A stretch of DNA of 64,000 nt. It comes from Antedon mediterranea (taxonomy: Eukaryota; Animalia; Echinodermata). The notes beneath the pieces are model-generated. The model did not search any database. It had not been told where the DNA came from and saw nothing but the letters and a program-made list of their open reading frames with translations. The translations under genes were made by a program, and so were the position numbers. The stretch is from assembly GCF_964355755.1 (NCBI RefSeq), contig NC_092679.1, forward strand, positions 5,858,201 to 5,922,200, given 5' to 3'. Below, piece after piece: positions 33,601-48,600 of this stretch (its first letter is position 1; every line of letters starts with the position of its first letter).

Positions 33601-36600
33601 AATATTCAGAGGACACCAATATTATGGGGACACCAATATTCAGAGGACAACAATATTATGGGGACACCAATATTCAGGGGACACCAATATTATGGGGACA
33701 CCAATATTCAGAGGACACCAATATTATGGGGACGCCAATATTCAGGGGACACCAATATTATGGGGACACCAATATTCAGAGGACACCAATATTATGGGGA
33801 CACCAATATTCAAAGGACACCAATATTATGGGGACACCAATATTCAGGGGACGCCAATATTATGGGGACACCAATATTCAGAGGACACCAATATTATGGG
33901 GACGCCAATATTCAGGGGACGCCAATATTATGGGGACACCAATATTCAGAGGACGCCAATATTATGGGGACGCCAATATTCAGAGGACGCCAATATTATG
34001 GGGACGCCAATATTCAGGGGACGCCAATATTATGGGGACGCCAATATTCAGAGGACGCCAATATTATGGGGACGCCAATATTCAGGGGACGCCAATATTA
34101 TGGGGACGCCAATATTCAGGGGACGCCAATATTATGGGGACGCCAATATTCAGGGGACGCCAATATTATGGGGACGCCAATATTCAGGGGACGCCAATAT
34201 TATGGGGACGCCAATATTCAGGGGACGCCAATATTATGGGGATGCCAATATTCAGAGGACAACAATATTCAGAGGACACCAATATTATGAGGACACCAAT
34301 ATTATGGGGACACCAATATTCAGGGGACACCAATATTATGGGGATGCCAATATTCAGGGGACGCCAATATTATGGGGACACCAATATTATGGGGACACCA
34401 ATATTATGGGAATGCCAATATTCAGAGGACAACAATATTCAGAGGACACCAATATTATGGGGACGCCAATATTCAGGGGACGCCAATATTATGGGGACGC
34501 CAATATTCAGGGGACGCCAATATTATGGGGACGCCAATATTCAGGAGACGCCAATATTATGGGGATGCCAATATTCAGAGGACAACAATATTCAGAGGAC
34601 ACCAATATTATGGGGACACCAATATTCAGGGGAAGCCAATATTATGGGGATGCCAATATTCAGAGGACACTAATATTAAGGGGACACCAATATTCATGGG
34701 ATATCAATATTCAGGAACACCAATATTCAGGGGACACCAATATTCATGGGATATCATTATTCATGGGATGCCAATATTCATGGGACACCAATATTCAGGG
34801 GACACCAAAATATTCAGGGGACACCAATATTCAGGGGACACCAATATTCATGGGATGCCAATATTCAGAAGAAACCAATATTCAGGGGACACCAATATTC
34901 AGGGGACACCAATATTCAGAAGAAACCAATATTCAGGGGACGCCAATATTCAGGGGACACCAATATTCAGAGGACATAAAATAAAAAGAAGAACTATTTA
35001 CTAACAACACCATGATGATGAAAACAAATAGTTCATTCAATGAAATAATAAAGAGTGTGTTATTAAACATGCATCACTATAAGTATTTCAACAACAATAA
35101 GCGCATTATAAATCTCAAATATAACTATGAATGAAAGTATGAAGTTACAAAAACAGAGGTACTATCTACACAAAAACAACCACAACAAACAACACCATCA
35201 AATGAGATGTTGTAGAAAACAACAGACAAACAAGTGAGTATCAAATAAACACATACAGTACTGTACATGGCCCAAATAGCTTTTAAACTGTCATATAGTA
35301 CAACCATAGAGTACAACAGTACAATTACAATGTGTGCAGAGAAAGAAATAGACAATGAACATATAAGCACTTCTGATTGCAGAAATGAAAACAGATAAAC
35401 AGTTGCAGTCCTTAATTATTAAGAAATACATAATATACACAGAATGCATTAGTGATTTTAAGAATGTATTAGTGCCTGATGATCCCTGATCCCTATTTGA
35501 AGATGATGATTTCAGATTCCAGAAGGAAAATAGTCACACATTTGCAGTTCTTAATTATGAAATATATGATATACACAGAATGCATTAGTGCTTTTAAGAA
35601 TGCATTAGTGCCTTGATATTTTGAACATGTTTCTGGTCTTTGATTGATAGAGGCATTTTATGATAAACACAAAATGTGTTAGTATCTTTATAAGAATGAA
35701 TTAGTGTCTTATTTTGAGCTCCCTAAAAATGAACATGATTCCATATTTATAATTGAAAGCACAAGTCTGATGTCAAACTTTGTTATTATTTAACTCACGT
35801 CTATACGGTACACAATCACTACGAGTCTTAGGCTTAGCTACCCGGCTCTCGACTATCTCAATACCCGACTCATCCACACACCAACAATACCGGGATACGT
35901 AACATTGGATTAAGTTAAATTCGCCGGATTCGGTGCAGTCGGGTATAAAGGTGGGATTCGTTTCTGCAGCTAAGATATCCCTTCTCCAACGAATGCACAA
36001 CGTGTCTAGAGGTGCGGCTGTGATTTGATTGCCAGCTAGTTAGTGTGCAGATACAAATTAAAACAACAAAAATAATGAAGCAAAATTAATAAAATATACT
36101 AAAATTACAAAACAATGAAGCAAAAACAAAAAAATTCAAATAAAACTGCACAAAAAATTCATAGTCAAAAGTACAAAACAAATTAAGAAAAACAAAACGT
36201 ATTATTTACCAACAAAATTTTAAAACAAAATGCTACGTCTATGAAATCAAAGCAAATAACACTTGTTATGCAAATTGCAAAAAAAAAAATAAATAAACAG
36301 AAATTACAAAAATGGTGATAGTTGAATTTGTGCATAGAATAGAAATAGAGGTTGATTTTTTTTCACTGAATCATGTAAGAAATAATTTTGTTAAAAAGTT
36401 TGTCTAAAAAAGTATTTGACAACGAAAGAAAAATCACTACGTATTGTAGTGTATTCTTTTGTTTTTTTCATATTTGTTTGTTTTAAATGTTTATATGAGG
36501 GCGCCCTTGATTGTCAGCGTAATATGCTGTTTAGAGTTACCCTCTATAAAGAAGGTTAAAAATAAATAAAATAAAAGAATATTAAATCTATCACAATTTG

Positions 36601-39600
36601 TACATAGTGTGTTATAAAAGGGAAAGAAACTACTGTATAACATAACTAACTTATTTGCAAACACACACAATTACAAAACTGAAGAGTTTACATTATAGTC
36701 GATTCTGTACTTAATTCATAGGCAAATTCCTTGATACAGCATCATATACGAATCACATGTGATGTCTGTATTATAGGTGACACATATATGATGTTGTATT
36801 ACACAATTTGCTATATAATACTACACATGCCATATGTGAAGATAGTACATAGAGTCATGTGCACATTGTAACTAAAATGCAAAATATTTTGTTAAGGGAG
36901 AAATTAGATTAAAGGTTTATTTCAAGATCTAAGATCATCCATTGAAACAACTACTGTACCTTCATCATCCTCTGTTAGATAACCAGATCCTATTTTAAAA
37001 TATCATATTAATACCAGTTTAAATAAAATACCTACATTATATCTGTAAAAATGAAAGGATTCTATGCTACTCTATAACATATTTAAAGTTTAAAAAGTCA
37101 TTAGACTTTGATTAATTAACTGTGTCATGTATAAAACACGGATATCTCCAAATAAAGTGACAGGACACATTATTGAGAATTTGTGACTTTTTGGTTTAGT
37201 TGTGTCCTTATTTGGAGTTACCCTTTTATTATATCTGAAATTATTCAATTAATGCATGATTGTTTTCTTCTTTACATAATTAAAACAATTTTAACAGAAA
37301 GAAAACAATTGTAGCGTGCAGAAGTTTGGTTTGTCTGAAGCTCTATCCACACTATCAAACTTTGTGACAAAAAATGTGATGCGCCCATATATGGACATGA
37401 TGATGTCATATCAACTATGTTTTTTCCTCTCAGCTTACCATTCACACACCAAAGACCTTACACTCACAGTGATGCTAGTAATAAGTTTCAAAACCAAACA
37501 CTGTATTCACACTCCATATTACCTCATATAATAACATTCAATTCCAAAAAATAATACTTACCAACAATTTCAGTTACAAATTCAAAACAATTCGGTGTTT
37601 CTCCAAAATTATCTGTTCTCGAGTTTGCAATCTCGTCTCCATTCTCATCAACACACCAACATGTGACATCATTGTCGCACTGGATTTGTTCAAAGTCTCC
37701 GTCAACTGTACAACGTGGAATGTAGCCGCCAAATAAACCTCTCCTTGCCGAGCCCTGTCGCATCTGCAAACATCGTGTCATTGAAGAGGTTGTTGTAGAG
37801 GCTACCGTAGTAATTACTATAAAAACAAATTTGATATGGTATATTGAATTTTAAACATTGCTCAAGATAAATGATAACATTTAAGTTAAATTTTCTGAAA
37901 AATTAACTTACACTTTTTTTATGACCTTCTAATTATAATCCAAGAAGAAAAAATATTGCTTGTTCATTTTAGTTTATGTTTTTTTGATATATATTTCATA
38001 TTGCATATACATTGATATGTTAATCTGTATGTATTTTTAATGTGATAAATAAATCAAATAAATAAAAATTGTCTACCTTGATGCAAGTAGTTATTACAAT
38101 CTGGAATCACACCTCGCTGTGACGATGTGCTGTCTGGTATTGTCGTACCAGCCTCGTCTACACACCAGCAGAATCCCTCGTGGCACTGTACCTCATCAAA
38201 TTCACCATTCTCAAGACAGCTCGGAATGAAGACTCCAAGTAACCCTGTCTTTCTTGCTTGCTTCTCCTGTTCCTGACAGAGTGTAAGGAGCTCAGGAGGT
38301 GATGGTGTTATGGTTACTGTCATAAATTAAAAAGATATAAATAAAAATCAGATACAAAATAAAGAAACTATGAGGTTATTTAAATTTGTTTGTTTTATTT
38401 TTTTTTTAACTGTTAATAAATTTTACATACCTCAAAAACAATAATATATTTATACTAACACAGATGAACTTTTATGCTAATTTAAAATTGTTTATTCATT
38501 TTATTGTAGGTATCAATATTTTAAATATAAATATGCCCTAACCCGGGCCAAATAATTTTACCTTCGCATATTGGCCGACGTTCTTTCACCGGATATTTTG
38601 TTCCTATGATGTCTTCTCCATTATCATTAACGCACCAACAGTCACCCGAGTGACACTGCACCTTTACGTAATCTCCATCTGAAGTGCATTGTGGGATGTA
38701 CACTCCATACGGTTGAGATATCAAAGCATTTTGACGACTTTGTGGGCAATGTTTGGAATTAATATTAACCAATTCTATAAAAAACAACATTTTTAATCAG
38801 CATTTATAATGAAAAAAAAATTATTATTTATTTATTTATGCCGGAATATTTGCCATCAGAAGACTAATTGTTAACATCAATACTTTATATAGTACCTTCA
38901 CAGTTTGGTCTTTGAGTACCAGGACTACGAATACTGCCCTCTATCCTCTGTCCAAGGTTATCAACGCACCAACAGTAGCCTGTTGCTTGATGACACTGCA
39001 TTATCTCATATGCCCCTGAGTCTGTACATCTTGGAACTAGTCTGCCTAATGCAAGGTCATTGGTCAGGAGATCTCGCTGTTCCTGGCAGTGTGTTCTACC
39101 AACTAAATAAATAGAAAAATAGGAAAGAGTAGGATAAGGGATGCTGCAAAGGAATGAGAATGATTGATATGACATCTAGCAGAAGTTAGTTTGGGTTCGG
39201 ATGGAGACCGGTCAGAAAAAAAAAGTTATGGGAAATGATGAATGCTGTAATAAAAAATGGTGTTACCTGTAGTTGTTAAGATTGTTGGCTCTACAACTGG
39301 ACTTTTTCCACAAACAACATTGCAAGCATCCAGATCTGCAAAATTATTTGCATTACCCATACAACCTCCATACATAAACTGCTCACAACTCCCTGTACGT
39401 ACGTTGTAATGCCAGCGGGGCAGTAGCGCCTTACAAGGGCCTGTTTCAGCAGGGAGTGAGCAAGGATCTAAATATAGAACAAATTCATGAAAACATAAAT
39501 TAAACAAAACTTCAATATGAACTTGAATTATAGAGTGTAATTTGGTCTACTATATAAAATAGGTACTATTATCACTTAAGCTCTGTCTACACTATCAAAC

Positions 39601-42600
39601 TTTATGTGGCATAAAAAAATGTGATTCGCCTATATATGGACATGATGATATCATATCAATACCATATTTTGGCATATCACTACCATATTTGGACACATCA
39701 CACATTTAGACAGAGCTTTAGATCAACCCTTTTTCCCAGGGTGTAACCTTGATTGAGGTTTACTGCATTGTGGGTACTACTTTTTACCTTGATCCCTGAC
39801 CATACATGTTTTGTTGCAAGACTCTTCATCAATGAAGCGATTGGAGTTGCCATTGCATCCTCCATACAGGAACGGTTGGCAGCTGTGGGTGTCCTGGTTG
39901 AAATACCAACGAGGAAGGGCAGCCTTACAAGGACCTGCATGCTTCTTCACCAGACATGCATCTGAAAGTTGAACAATTGAAAACTGAATGATGAAGCATG
40001 TTAAACAAACTAATTAAAGTCATAAGCTGCATGTTTTTTTTAATAACACAATATTGGAAAATTATCTATCTCAATACATGTATATATAAAGAGAATTTTC
40101 TCATGAAATAGTAGTTCACAACAATCAAGTGTCCCCATTATAGGGAGGGGTATCCACTGAATAGGGGTTGACCATAGTATTAAAAATCATATATACCCTT
40201 TGTTCATTTCATGGTGAAGTGCCCTCTTAAGTGGTGTCCTAAAGGCTAATACATTATACAGCATTGATACAACACAATTATAAATTATGCATGAAAAGAG
40301 TTGAATTACTAAAATTAGTTTTTAATATACATTATCAATCAATATAAGGCATAAAATTGATATAACAGTAAATTGTGGTGTTCTAAAAATAGAACACCAG
40401 TTGACAATTCCACAGGTGGGGAACACATTACCAATAGGATGCATTATAATAAACTATAGTATACCATTCATAAATATTACCTTCCCTTGAGGTGGAGCAA
40501 CTGGCTTCGCATGATAAACGATCATTGAACCGGTTAGTGTTTCCATGACAACCACCATAAACAAAAGTTTCACACTGTCCAGATTTCATATTGTAGTACC
40601 ATTTGGTCTTCAAGTCTTTGCACGGACCAGTCTCCTTTGATAGAGAACATGGATCTTGAAAAAGAAATCACACATGAAATCTAATTAGTTGATGGATTTT
40701 GATGGGTTACTACCCAGAAATATTTGACGCTAAATGTAAAGCTATATCAGATTGAAAGGAGGGACGTCTGCGGATAATATTAAATGACTAACTTTTAATT
40801 ATTTTTTTAAATGCCAATTAATTAATATTAAATTACCAATTAGTTATTATTAATTACCAATTTAATAATGTTTTGACTAAACAATTTTCTCACTTTTTTC
40901 AAAAGTACTACAAACTTCTTGACACTTGTGTTCTGTTTTAAACCTGTTTCTGTTTCCACGGCAACCGCCATATTCAAATTCTTGGCACTCGCCAGTTTGC
41001 GCATTGTACCAATAGCTGGTAATCTTGCTTCTACATGGTCCAACGACTTTAGGTTTACTACAAAGCTCTGCAATTAAATAATTATTTAAATCATAAGTCA
41101 CCTGTTCAGGACCCAACAAGTGTCCCCTAATATGGCCGTGTCTGCTCAATAGAGGTTTGTTAATAATGGTAAAACACACATTTCCCCTTGTTTGTTTAAC
41201 AATATTAAAATAAAATTGTGTTCACTGAATAGAAGTTTGCTGTAGTGTTATATAATATATATTTTCTTTCATTTGTTTCACCAGAAGTGTGTCGCCTTAG
41301 TATGAATGTTCCCTGAACAGGAGTCGCCAAAGATGCTTGATACAAGGATATTAAAGTAATTTGTATCAAAGGTTCTGGAACCATGTAATAGATTGAAATG
41401 ACACTTTACACATACTTAAACTGATTCTACAGAAGGATAGATACCCTAGGCTAACAGAAGGATAGATACCCTAGGCTAACAGAAGGATAGATACCCTAGG
41501 CTAACAGAAGGATAGATACCCTAGGCTAACAGAAGGATAGATACCCTAGGCTAACAGAAGGATAGATACCCTAGGCTAACAGAAGGATAGATACCCTAGG
41601 CTAACAGAAGGATAGATACCCTAGGCTAACAGAAGGATAGATACCCTAGGCTAACAGAAGGATAGATACCCTAGGCTAACAGAAAAATAGATACCCTAGG
41701 CTAACAGAAGGATAGATACCCTAGGCTAACAGAAGGATAGATACCCTAGGCTAACAGAAGGATAGATACCCTAGGCTAACAGAAGGATAGATACCCTAGG
41801 CTAACAGAAGGATAGATACCCTAGGCTAACAGAAGGATAGATACCCTAGGCTAACAGAAGGATAGATACCCTAGGCTAACAGAAGGATAGATACCCTAGG
41901 CTAACAGAAGGATAGATACCCTAGGCTAACAGAAGGATAGATACCCTAGGCTAACAGAAGGATAGATACCCTAGGCTAACAGAAGGATAGATACCCTAGG
42001 CTAACAGAAGGATAGATACCCTAGGCTAACAGAAGGATAGATACCCTAGGCTAACAGAAGGATAGATACCCTAGGCTAATAGAATTCAAGGATAGATACC
42101 CTAGGCTAACAGAAGGATAGATACCCTAGGCTAACAGAAGGATAGATACCCTAGGCTAACAGAAGGATAGATACCCTAGGCTAACAGAAGGATAGATACC
42201 CTAGGCTAACAGAAGGATAGATACCCTAGGCTAACAGAAGGATAGATACCCTAGGCTATTTCATGAAAAGGTTTGGTCCATCTGTCTATTAATTTATGTA
42301 GTTTAAAAGAGCTTGCTACTTAGTACAGTGCTCAAATGAAGCATTAAAGCCAAAATGTGCAAAAAATGGAGTTTAAAGAGAAGCAGAGGGTTGAGGTTAA
42401 TTTAATTTTTATACATAACTGTAATTATCAATGATTATTGTAAATATAACGTTTCAAATACATTTTAATACCTTCCTGTGGTGGGTCTGGATCCCATTTA
42501 GTGCATGACTTCAAACAGTCATCCTCTGTTTCAAATCTGTTACCATTTCCATCACAACCACCATAGTAAAACCTCTGGCACTCATTTGACAATGCACTAT

Positions 42601-45600
42601 AAAACCACCAGACTTTATATACACGGCAGGGACCTGGGTCACGTCGCATCAGACACACATCTAAAAGAGCACAAAAAGTTGATGGTAGAAGAAAAAAGAG
42701 GACCGTGAAAGAAGGAGCATGAGAGATGATAGGAGGGAAGATGTGCAAGAGAGATGGATTGAGCGATAGTCAGTATCATCCAATGAAAGAAGGAAAGATA
42801 ATTTTGTACAATCGTCCAATCAAATGAAAAGAATCTACTTAGGTGTGTTATAATATAAAATATTAACTTTTACAGTTTTTCTATCTTTTAATGTTTAGGA
42901 GTTTCCACTGTTCATTTAGGTGCCCTACCTTAGCTGTTATTTATTATGGTTGTGTAATATTAATATAAGTATAAATATGAATCTAAATATCATTTTATGT
43001 TAAAATCAAATCAAACAACATTCTGACAAAAATTCTGTTGCCAATACAATGGATCAATATTTTTGATATCCCAGTAAACATTTAGACAGCAATTTTTGGC
43101 TTAAAAAATGGAATGGAACCTCCTTGCTGATCACTCATAACCATCACTCTCCACTACATCACTTACCTGGTGCAACGGTAGCTGGTACCACTATTGGTGC
43201 TATTGTTGTAGACTCCACCTCATCATCACATCCTTCATAGTCAACTCCACTAGCAGGTGTTGTACCATCCTGACAACATCCATATATGGTTATTGCACAG
43301 TCTCTGAAATTTATTAAAAAGTATGATGGTAAATGTTCATCTGGTTTGTAGTATTTTTTATTTATGTATTTTTAAACATATATGTATTCAAAGGCAAAAT
43401 ACTGAAAAAATGACAATGCTGTGGGTATCAGTGGCTGGATCTCAATGGAGATACAAAAAAAAGCTAAATCAAAACGATAAAGTACAGCCAGAAAAGTTAG
43501 CAGAGCTTTCGAGAAACACTAGCCCTTCATCAGTACATATTAAACATTTATATATCTATACATGTTGGGGCGACTTTTTCTCATTCTCACAGATTTCCTC
43601 ATATTTATCGTTTCAAACTAATAAATTCAATTTCAGTATAGTCACCGGGCGGTTTAGAATTAATGTTCTGTGTATGTGTTTATTACAGGAAAACAACATA
43701 TTTGGTATAGATTGAATGAATCGAGAAACTCTTTTTAACAAACCAATATTGAAATCAAACTTAAATGGTAAACTATTTGAATTTAAATATTAAAAATCAA
43801 ATTCAAACTAGAAGCAAACAAAAACCAAACCTAAATAAAACATTGTAGTCTGCTTGCCAATCACAGGCTCTTTCACAGTTATTAGGCCTACAAGGAAGCC
43901 ACCTATAGACAATACAAGTGTCATTGTAGTCTACTTGTCGCATGCTCTTTTACTCAGGCCTACAATGATCATCCATAACATAGGGCTTAACTACTATGTC
44001 CTTAATAGTTGAAATAAAATAATACACTATACCTGACTGGTGGACACCCTTGTTTAAATGGTCCAGAAGCAGAAGTATTGCTATTCCAACAACATCCAAA
44101 TTCAGTCGTCTTGCAGTCAGTCTCTCTGAATTCATCTATGGGGTCAGCAGTTGCTAAGTAGATTTCAAGTAAGAAAGCTATTTACAAGGATGCTATCTAA
44201 TCTCTAGCTATTTAATGATAGGATTTTCCCTCGATGGCATAAGCGTGGTACATTATATTATATATATATATTATATTCTGTAGTAAGGATATCAACATTA
44301 AAGCCACAGGGAGTGCAAACACAAAAATATGATTTTGGAAAACACAAGCCCGAGGAAACAAATATACCAGCAACAAACATTCTTAATCAAAACTCAATTT
44401 CATTCTACATAGGAATATGTGTTTATATAATGAGGTTAGTTGGCCTCCAAGGGCTATAAATCCTGTCTGACATGAGAATTTCTTTTCATGTTTTTTTCTC
44501 GCTTCCCACCACCTTCTGTCATTCTTCTTCCATCACTCTTATATCAAAATTTGACAAAAAACAACAAACTTGGCATCAGTAAAGAAACATTTTAGTCTGA
44601 ATTTAGACAACCCATATAAAACCATTATGTTAAAAGTTTTACCCTAAATACTTAACATTCTTTGATGTCAAAGATACACCAGAATTATGTATTAAATCCA
44701 GTAACAAATAAAAAGGAAATAAGTTATCCAACCCTTTACACTTTTATCATAATCTGATAATCCTTCTTTTACAAACTATGGCTTTAGTGTGGATGGTAAT
44801 AAAAAAGAAAGAGGATACAAAGGATTGAAATGTCATTGTCAAGGTAAAGGACAGTGATAACACATCTAGATTTAGAATAAACGATTGATTATGTATCATA
44901 TAACCCCTTCCGTTCTGCTAGACTAGGTGTGTTCAACACCCAGTAAATTATGTCTGTTATGAAAGAAACATGTGTTCACCTTTAAGCCGATATGGGTGGT
45001 TAGTTAAGCAGAAATAATATTAAAATGGCAAAAAATATTTTAATAAATTTATAAATATAATAATAAAGTAGAAGATGTCCCTCCTTAATTCTAAAATGAC
45101 ATTGATCCTACTATAATTATATTAACTAAACTAAATGAAGTTTGTTGCTTGGTAAAAATCTAAAAAAAAAACGAAAAACTGCATGGAATCCTCTTTAAAA
45201 TGGAAATAAACAATTGTCTGGATTTACAATTTGCAAATTAAAATGTCTTCAAGTCAACAAACATATTCATATTTTTTTTCAAATATCTATAAATGAATAT
45301 TATATAACATTTCAAACTAATTTAATTGGATCAATGAGCATTTTTTAAGGAATGACAGTTCATCTATAAAGCTCAGTCTACACTAACAAACTAGTTTGAC
45401 AAAAAAAGTGTGATGTGTCTAAATATGGTAGTGATGAACATCATCAAATTTTATAGTGTAGACAGAGCTTTACAATTTAAGTTCATACTTGCAATATTGT
45501 GAACTGGTTACAGGTGGTGCCAAAATTGAATGCATAAAAGAAATATAAACATAATAGAGTTAGTAAAAATAAAAAATTTATTAATTCTAAAAAACAAATA

Positions 45601-48600
45601 ATGATGATAAATGAAATGAATCTGTTAATACTACTATTATAATTGTATTTAACTAACTATGTAGTAGCTTTGCATCAGGGAGTTGAGTAATTGGTCAGAT
45701 GTTTGCCCTACTCTGAGGTAGGAGTAGGAGCTGTGGCTTGGTGGTTATGATGCTTGGCTACCAATCTAAGGGTCCTGGGTTCAAGTCCTGTCATATGTCA
45801 GGGTTTTTTTCTCATGACAATTTACAACTCCACTCCCAAAGACTTAATAATAAGTCTTTGTTTATGTAGAGCATCTTGTGTATATGTTTGTCTTGTGAAA
45901 TTATGAAATAGTTTATCCATCCTGTAATTGGCGGGTTACTCGCTGTTGGATGAGTATGAAATAAAATTTAAAAAAATAAATAAAAAAATTTGTTTTCATA
46001 CTACATTACATTTGAGAATACTTGGGAAAAAATGTGCAAGTAATTCTCAGGTGGGATTCCAACCCACGACCTCGAGATCACCAGACTGGGGTTTATACAG
46101 TACCTCTAGACCACCGAGCTTGCGCCGATGGCTAGGGGTTAGATTCGAGTCCAAGTGGAGTAGCTTTGCGTCAGGGAGTTGATTAATTAACATCGTACCA
46201 ATCACTACTATTATAAAATTAACACTAAAGTTCATTCCAACAAAAAAACAAAATGAATTTAAAATTTCTGTTGATACTTTTTGACTGGATATGAATTTCT
46301 TACTTTCACAATCATTGGGAGTGCATTCTTGTTCCTTATTAGGGCGTTTGTTTTGGTTGCAATCTTCCATGGCAACGGCTTCACCGTCGATCAAACACAT
46401 TAAAATCCGCACCTTTGAATTTGTTTCACATGAGCACTAAAACAAAATCACAATGTTTGTAAAATTACACATTATAAAAAGATATTGGTATAGTCTACAG
46501 GTGTATGTATTTAAAATCTAATTTTTCCATGGACCTAAAAAGTAATCTAAATTTTCCCAGGGACCTAAAAAGTAATCTAAATTTTCCCAGGGACCTAAAA
46601 AAGTACTCTAAATTTTCCCAGGGACTTAAAAAGTAATAAAATTAATCCCAGGGACCTAAAAAGTAATCTAAATTTTCCAAGGAACCTGAAAGTAATCTAA
46701 ACTTATTAGTTTACTTATAAGTATTTAAATTCTTCCCAGGGTTCTAAAAATAAACTAGATTTTCCCAGGGACCAAAAAAATTAATTTATATATTTTTCAA
46801 GCATAACATTTAACAATCTCAATCACTTCATACTTTTGCCCAGGGACCTGTTAGCCAGGTGCCTGATGTGCACTCCTTCTTATTGCAGCTGTCATAATCT
46901 AAGGGCTGTGACTTTGCATCACAGTACGAGTTTTCCACAATCAACCAATCACCATTAGGGGTGTATTGGCTGCATACGACGTGCCTAGTCTTCACCCCTG
47001 AGCCACACGGTCTGGTACACTGTGGAGTCAAAAAAAGGAAAGCAATTAATGAAATATAAGGGTGTCAAAGCCCACCATCATCATGTTCAGTGAGAAAGTC
47101 ACTGTAAAACTTACCTTGCTCCACTCTGTGGTCATCCATTTATATTCACAAGGACTGCGAGAGCATGTCCTCGTAATGATAGGTTTACGGTTTGAGAAGC
47201 AAAAGGATTCTGGGTATAATTGGCCAGTTTGGCTCATACAATGAATGGATCTTGATTTCACTCCATCTCCACAATCTTCTGAGCACTGCATGATGTAAGA
47301 AAAAAAGAACATTATTTTCTTTTTTTTTTTTTTTAAAGGCAAAACTTAATTATTGGTCTTAATATTTAAAATTACACAAGTATCACCTCGACTATAAACA
47401 TAAGTTGATTCCTTGTATAAGCCATACCGGGTACAATATTTATAATCTAGAGATTCGAATCTAGCTCGGTGGTCTAGAGGTATGAACGCCAGGCTAGTGA
47501 TCTGGAGGTCGTATCCCACCCGAGAATTACTTGTAAGTGTTATTAATGTGCATGTAAAGTACACAAGTACGTCAGACCAAACATCAAGTACTACAGAAAA
47601 TGAATGTAGCATAACTCCCAAATTGCCAAGAAATTCTCAACTTTATTTTTTTTAGAAACACATGATGTACTGACTGCAGACTTGATTTTGTTAGTTAGTG
47701 TTCATTCGCCATGCAAACCTTTAAACAATATTTAAAGAGCACATATTCACAAGCAAAAGTGCTTAAGGCATAATTGTAGTTATTGGTATTTGGGATTTTA
47801 GTATTCAAAATGTGCTAAAATACCCCAAAGGGCCTTATCTACTTGATCTTTAAAGTTGAACTGTTTAATATAATAATATATAATTTTGCATAATAATACT
47901 TATAACAAATAAACACTAGACTAATTTACAAGGCCATAAAACCCCATTAATTTTGAAAGCTGACTATAAAAACAATGATACGTCAACGTTGGCTTGTAAA
48001 TGAATACAAACAACAGGATAATAGTTAAATTATAATTCCCTTTTCAAACACAGAAAACACTTCGTTAATAAATTACATGGTACTGTATATATAAAGCAAA
48101 AAGGTATTTGATAATTCCAAGGCCGGATTTTTCTTTATAAACATTTTGTGGAATACGATGGTATTCGGAGGTCGTATTAAGGTGAAAGTTGGGAATGCTG
48201 TTAGTTAACGATCCCGATTATTAGGTATTAAGGGAAGTGGGAAATAATCCTATCAAATTGTCTATAAGCCGAAATTGAGGATGTTTATGTAATTTTATGG
48301 GCCTATTGGTCTGTCAACCATTTAATATTATATTGAACTTTAAGCAGGATAGACATTTGTCCTATATAATTTTAACCATTGCATTCCACATTTTTAATTT
48401 TAATTTCTTGAATGTTGAATACTTACCCTAGACCATTCCTCCATCATCCAGTCCACGCCATCACATGGCCCCAAATCGCAACGCTTACGAGTATCTGGTT
48501 TTGTCGTATAATCGCAGTAACTGGATGACGTGGTATGACTATCAATTTGACAGACCACTTCTCGGACTTGAACCCCATCACCACAAGTCAGAGAACACTA

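Noticed and set aside
33082-35004. Long ORFs of 402-532 aa in three + frames
   Set aside because: Product of a stop-free 17-bp minisatellite, antisense within a papilin intron.
41429-42258. Regular 25-bp repeats resembling a CRISPR array
   Set aside because: No unique spacers, no cas genes, eukaryotic intron context.
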